Of a stretch of 64,000 nt of DNA, positions 62,386-64,000 are shown piece after piece. The notes beneath the pieces were generated by a model. It searched no databases, was not told the origin of the DNA, and was given only the letters and a program-made list of their open reading frames with translations. The position numbers and the translations under genes are program-made. This DNA is from Kudoa neothunni (taxonomy: Eukaryota > Animalia > Cnidaria), in NCBI GenBank assembly GCA_964304625.1, contig OZ199839.1:7522966-7586965 (forward strand), given 5' to 3'. Each line of letters opens with the position of its first letter. Position 1 is the stretch's first letter.

Positions 62386-64000
62386 CTCCCTCTTTTGTTT
62401 TTTTGTGGTATTGTCTTTTTTTGGGCTATTTTTTGGCGTTTTTTAGCGGCTGCCTTTTATCAGGAAAGTTAAAGTAAGTTCTTTTATTGTTGTTGCTAAC
62501 TTTTTAGGTACATACGACGGTTGGAAGATGGAGAACACAACAGTTTTGTCGGAAAACTCCATTGACCATTTGAAAGACACGTGTCCCGAACTGACTCGAG
62601 TGATTTTGACCTACTTCCAGGCATGGGAGAAAGCCTCAATCAAACGAAGAAGGAAACCTCAACTTTGTATTAAAGCCAACGAAATCGTAAAGATTTCAAA
62701 GCTCATTTTCAAGGCTAAAAGCGACATTTCCGTTTTATGTCGGAACCGACCGAAGTTGCCAACTACAGAAAAAACGCCGAATTTTGAAGATACGGATTTT
62801 GTGGATATCTCGATTGAAGCAAATGATGTATCTTATTCAGATCGAGTCGCAATCCGAAAACTGCAGACAAATCTGTCCAGAAACAGACGAAGTCTCAATT
62901 TTCTGTACGATGAGTTTATGACTCTAGTACAGAAAGCTGTAGATGACGCCGAGTTTCCAGCAGAGTTGTTGAATGTTGATGGATCTGTTGACATTTCAGC
63001 GGACCTCAAATTCTTCCCGGTTTTCCCGAATCAGCCACTTTTAATTAATGAAGCGCATGTCACAGAAAAGCGTGTGATGAAGGCCACTGCTAATGGTGAA
63101 ATTATTATTGATGATTCGCCCAATGTTGTTCTAAGTGTTGAGAATGTTGTTGTTGTTCCTACTTCTCCAGAAGTGGTGAACTCAGCAAATTCTGCGAATA
63201 ATGAGACGACATTGGAGTTGCCCGCGCAGCCAATTTCGCCATTGTCGAGTTCATTGCATAGTTTGGACGTTAATTCAGTTAATTCAGCTAAATCAGTCAC
63301 TTTAACTAAATCTAATGTTAATTCTAAGTGCATTTCTAAAATTAAAAAGTAAAAAACCCCATTCCGCATCTTTCAACTCCCGAATATGACCATTCTTTGC
63401 ATAATAATAGGATTTTTAACTTAAATAATCAAACTTGTAGTGAAGCTCCTATTTTAATCGACGAGAATGTTAATATTTCCCCTTCCTTAAATCAAAATTC
63501 ACCCCAAAATCCATCAATTCCGGAAGAAAATGTTCAACCTAGCCTCATCGAACGGTCCAAAACCTTCTTTAGAGCGCCTAGTTTGTCGTTTAATTCCCCT
63601 TTGAAATCAGCTAATGTCTCCATTGGTGCGATGATGAATAACTTTTTAAATGGCATTGTTGCCACTTTATCAAGTCCCGAATCATCTCCGAAACCCTCTC
63701 AACCACAAAATGAAGATGATGAAGACAACGAAGAATACTTTGACTCGTTCGAAGAGCCAATGCAGATCCCCCATCTGGAAATTGCACTTCCTCTCTTGGA
63801 TGTGGAAATGATGGATGACGCGGTCGAGCTGCGAAAGCCTCAAAAACGACGACATCAAGATATCTCCCCCTCGTCTTCTCCATCTCCATCTTCTTCACCT
63901 TCCCCCTCAAAGCACCCTGACGATAACACCTCCAACGACTCCTCCAGTGAAGACTGTGCCCCTAAAAAGGCCCATCTGGCACCCATTACCAATTCCCAAC
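62350..64000 (+). mobile_element. Family A, copy 3 (runs off the window); ORF from 62528 frameshifted near 63344-63348
   Basis: Matches copy 1 except A5 instead of A6 at 63344-63348 and one extra T in the 5' UTR. Confidence 0.93.

Noticed and set aside
46133-63910. Many short antisense or alternate-frame ORFs in the array, including 56903-57577
   Set aside because: Shadows of the long ORF caused by its codon bias; no independent motifs.

Overview
AT-rich eukaryotic DNA, probably metazoan, with short spliceosomal introns. Bases 1-45,400 hold four multi-exon host genes (cornichon/CNIH4-like, GMPPB, PPT1, AP-3 beta) among decayed transposons (piggyBac, Tc1/IS630, hAT, MULE, Helitron-like, solo LTRs). 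The main feature starts at 45,416: an intact tRNA-Gln(TTG) gene followed by a head-to-tail array (A, A, B, A-partial) of ~5.6-5.7 kb single-ORF non-LTR retrotransposons with RT, CCHC and restriction-like endonuclease domains (NeSL/Utopia-like). Every unit starts with the 3' half of the tRNA, from just after the anticodon, followed by T-runs. The acceptor-stem bases of that half match the family of the downstream element, not the upstream one. I infer a tRNA-Gln-anticodon-loop-specific retrotransposon that rebuilds the tRNA it interrupts, so the site can be re-used by two diverged families. Both families also share a 34-nt intron-like segment in the 5' UTR, a 14-bp hairpin in the last codons, a 20-nt 3'-terminal motif without poly(A), and an unrecognised N-terminal domain. 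Coordinates were read by eye; no database searches were run.
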